A stretch of DNA of 64,000 nt from Gnetum montanum (taxonomy: Eukaryota; Plantae; Gnetophyta). The position numbers and the translations under genes were made by a program. The stretch is taken from positions 77,201-141,200 of the forward strand of contig MNCI01001457.1 in assembly GCA_015680685.1 (NCBI GenBank), given 5' to 3'. Shown in pieces: positions 63,532-64,000 of the stretch; within the stretch, counting starts at the first letter, position 1; every line of letters starts with the position of its first letter. Under the pieces are notes generated by a model. The model did not search any database. It worked only from the letters and a program-made list of their open reading frames with translations, and was not told the DNA's origin.

Positions 63532-64000
63532 TTTGTGTCATTGTTAAGGACTTTGTTGAAATGTGCACTATTTAGGTTTAAGAGAATATCATTAATGTTG
63601 TTGTACAAACCTCAAGGTCAATATCATTCTCGCTATACATATAATTATAAAAGCACATTAATAATTTTATTTTTTTTCTTTTGCAAAATGTCTTCTTCTT
63701 CTAACAAGTGTGAAGATGTCAAACTGCTGGTCCCATAGGAGTGCAAAGTGATATATACTCATCCAGATGAGTATGTACCAGACTTCACCTTCATCCTACA
63801 TCAGGATGAACAACTATGATGGCATGATATGGAGGGTAACATTATTTTACCCCCTGATCAATCTATACTCGAGATGCTACTTAAAACTCTTAAGAAGTTG
63901 GGCACCTCAGATCCTCATGAAGAATACATTGTGGATGGTTATGACACTTGAAACTACTATCCCATTGAAATACAATGCAAGTGAGATTAATGTTAGGAGA

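Overview
AT-rich, gene-free, repeat-saturated eukaryotic DNA, almost certainly from a large land-plant nuclear genome, with two assembly gaps (116-565, 2972-3570). It reads as a nest of decayed transposons. (A) 3' end of an Athila-like Ty3/gypsy element (+, 1-3806). A degenerate hAT transposase (-, ~5054-7720) interrupted inside its BED finger by a 0.5-kb GC/CpG-rich foreign insert. (B) An Athila-like element (+, 8731-26316) whose second LTR is followed by a second PBS and leader (tandem structure); it carries a nested gag-only SIRE-like Ty1/copia element (11165-17160). (C) A 3'-truncated Athila-like element (-, ~29500-40472). (D) An Athila-like element (-, 40509-~62590) carrying a nested gag-protease-only Tat/Ogre-like element (49253-58183). 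Three solo LTRs retain target-site duplications (26998-27877, 47966-48843, 62598-63531). No intact host gene, RNA gene or CRISPR array is visible, and I cannot demonstrate a new biological system. The best candidates for a second look are the conserved, apparently spliced accessory ORF downstream of pol in all four Athila-like elements (about 900+ aa with a long coiled coil in three of them), the two RT-less elements that kept gag, the foreign insert in the hAT, and a repeat unit with an inverted core. All alignments were done by eye, so boundaries of decayed coding regions are approximate.
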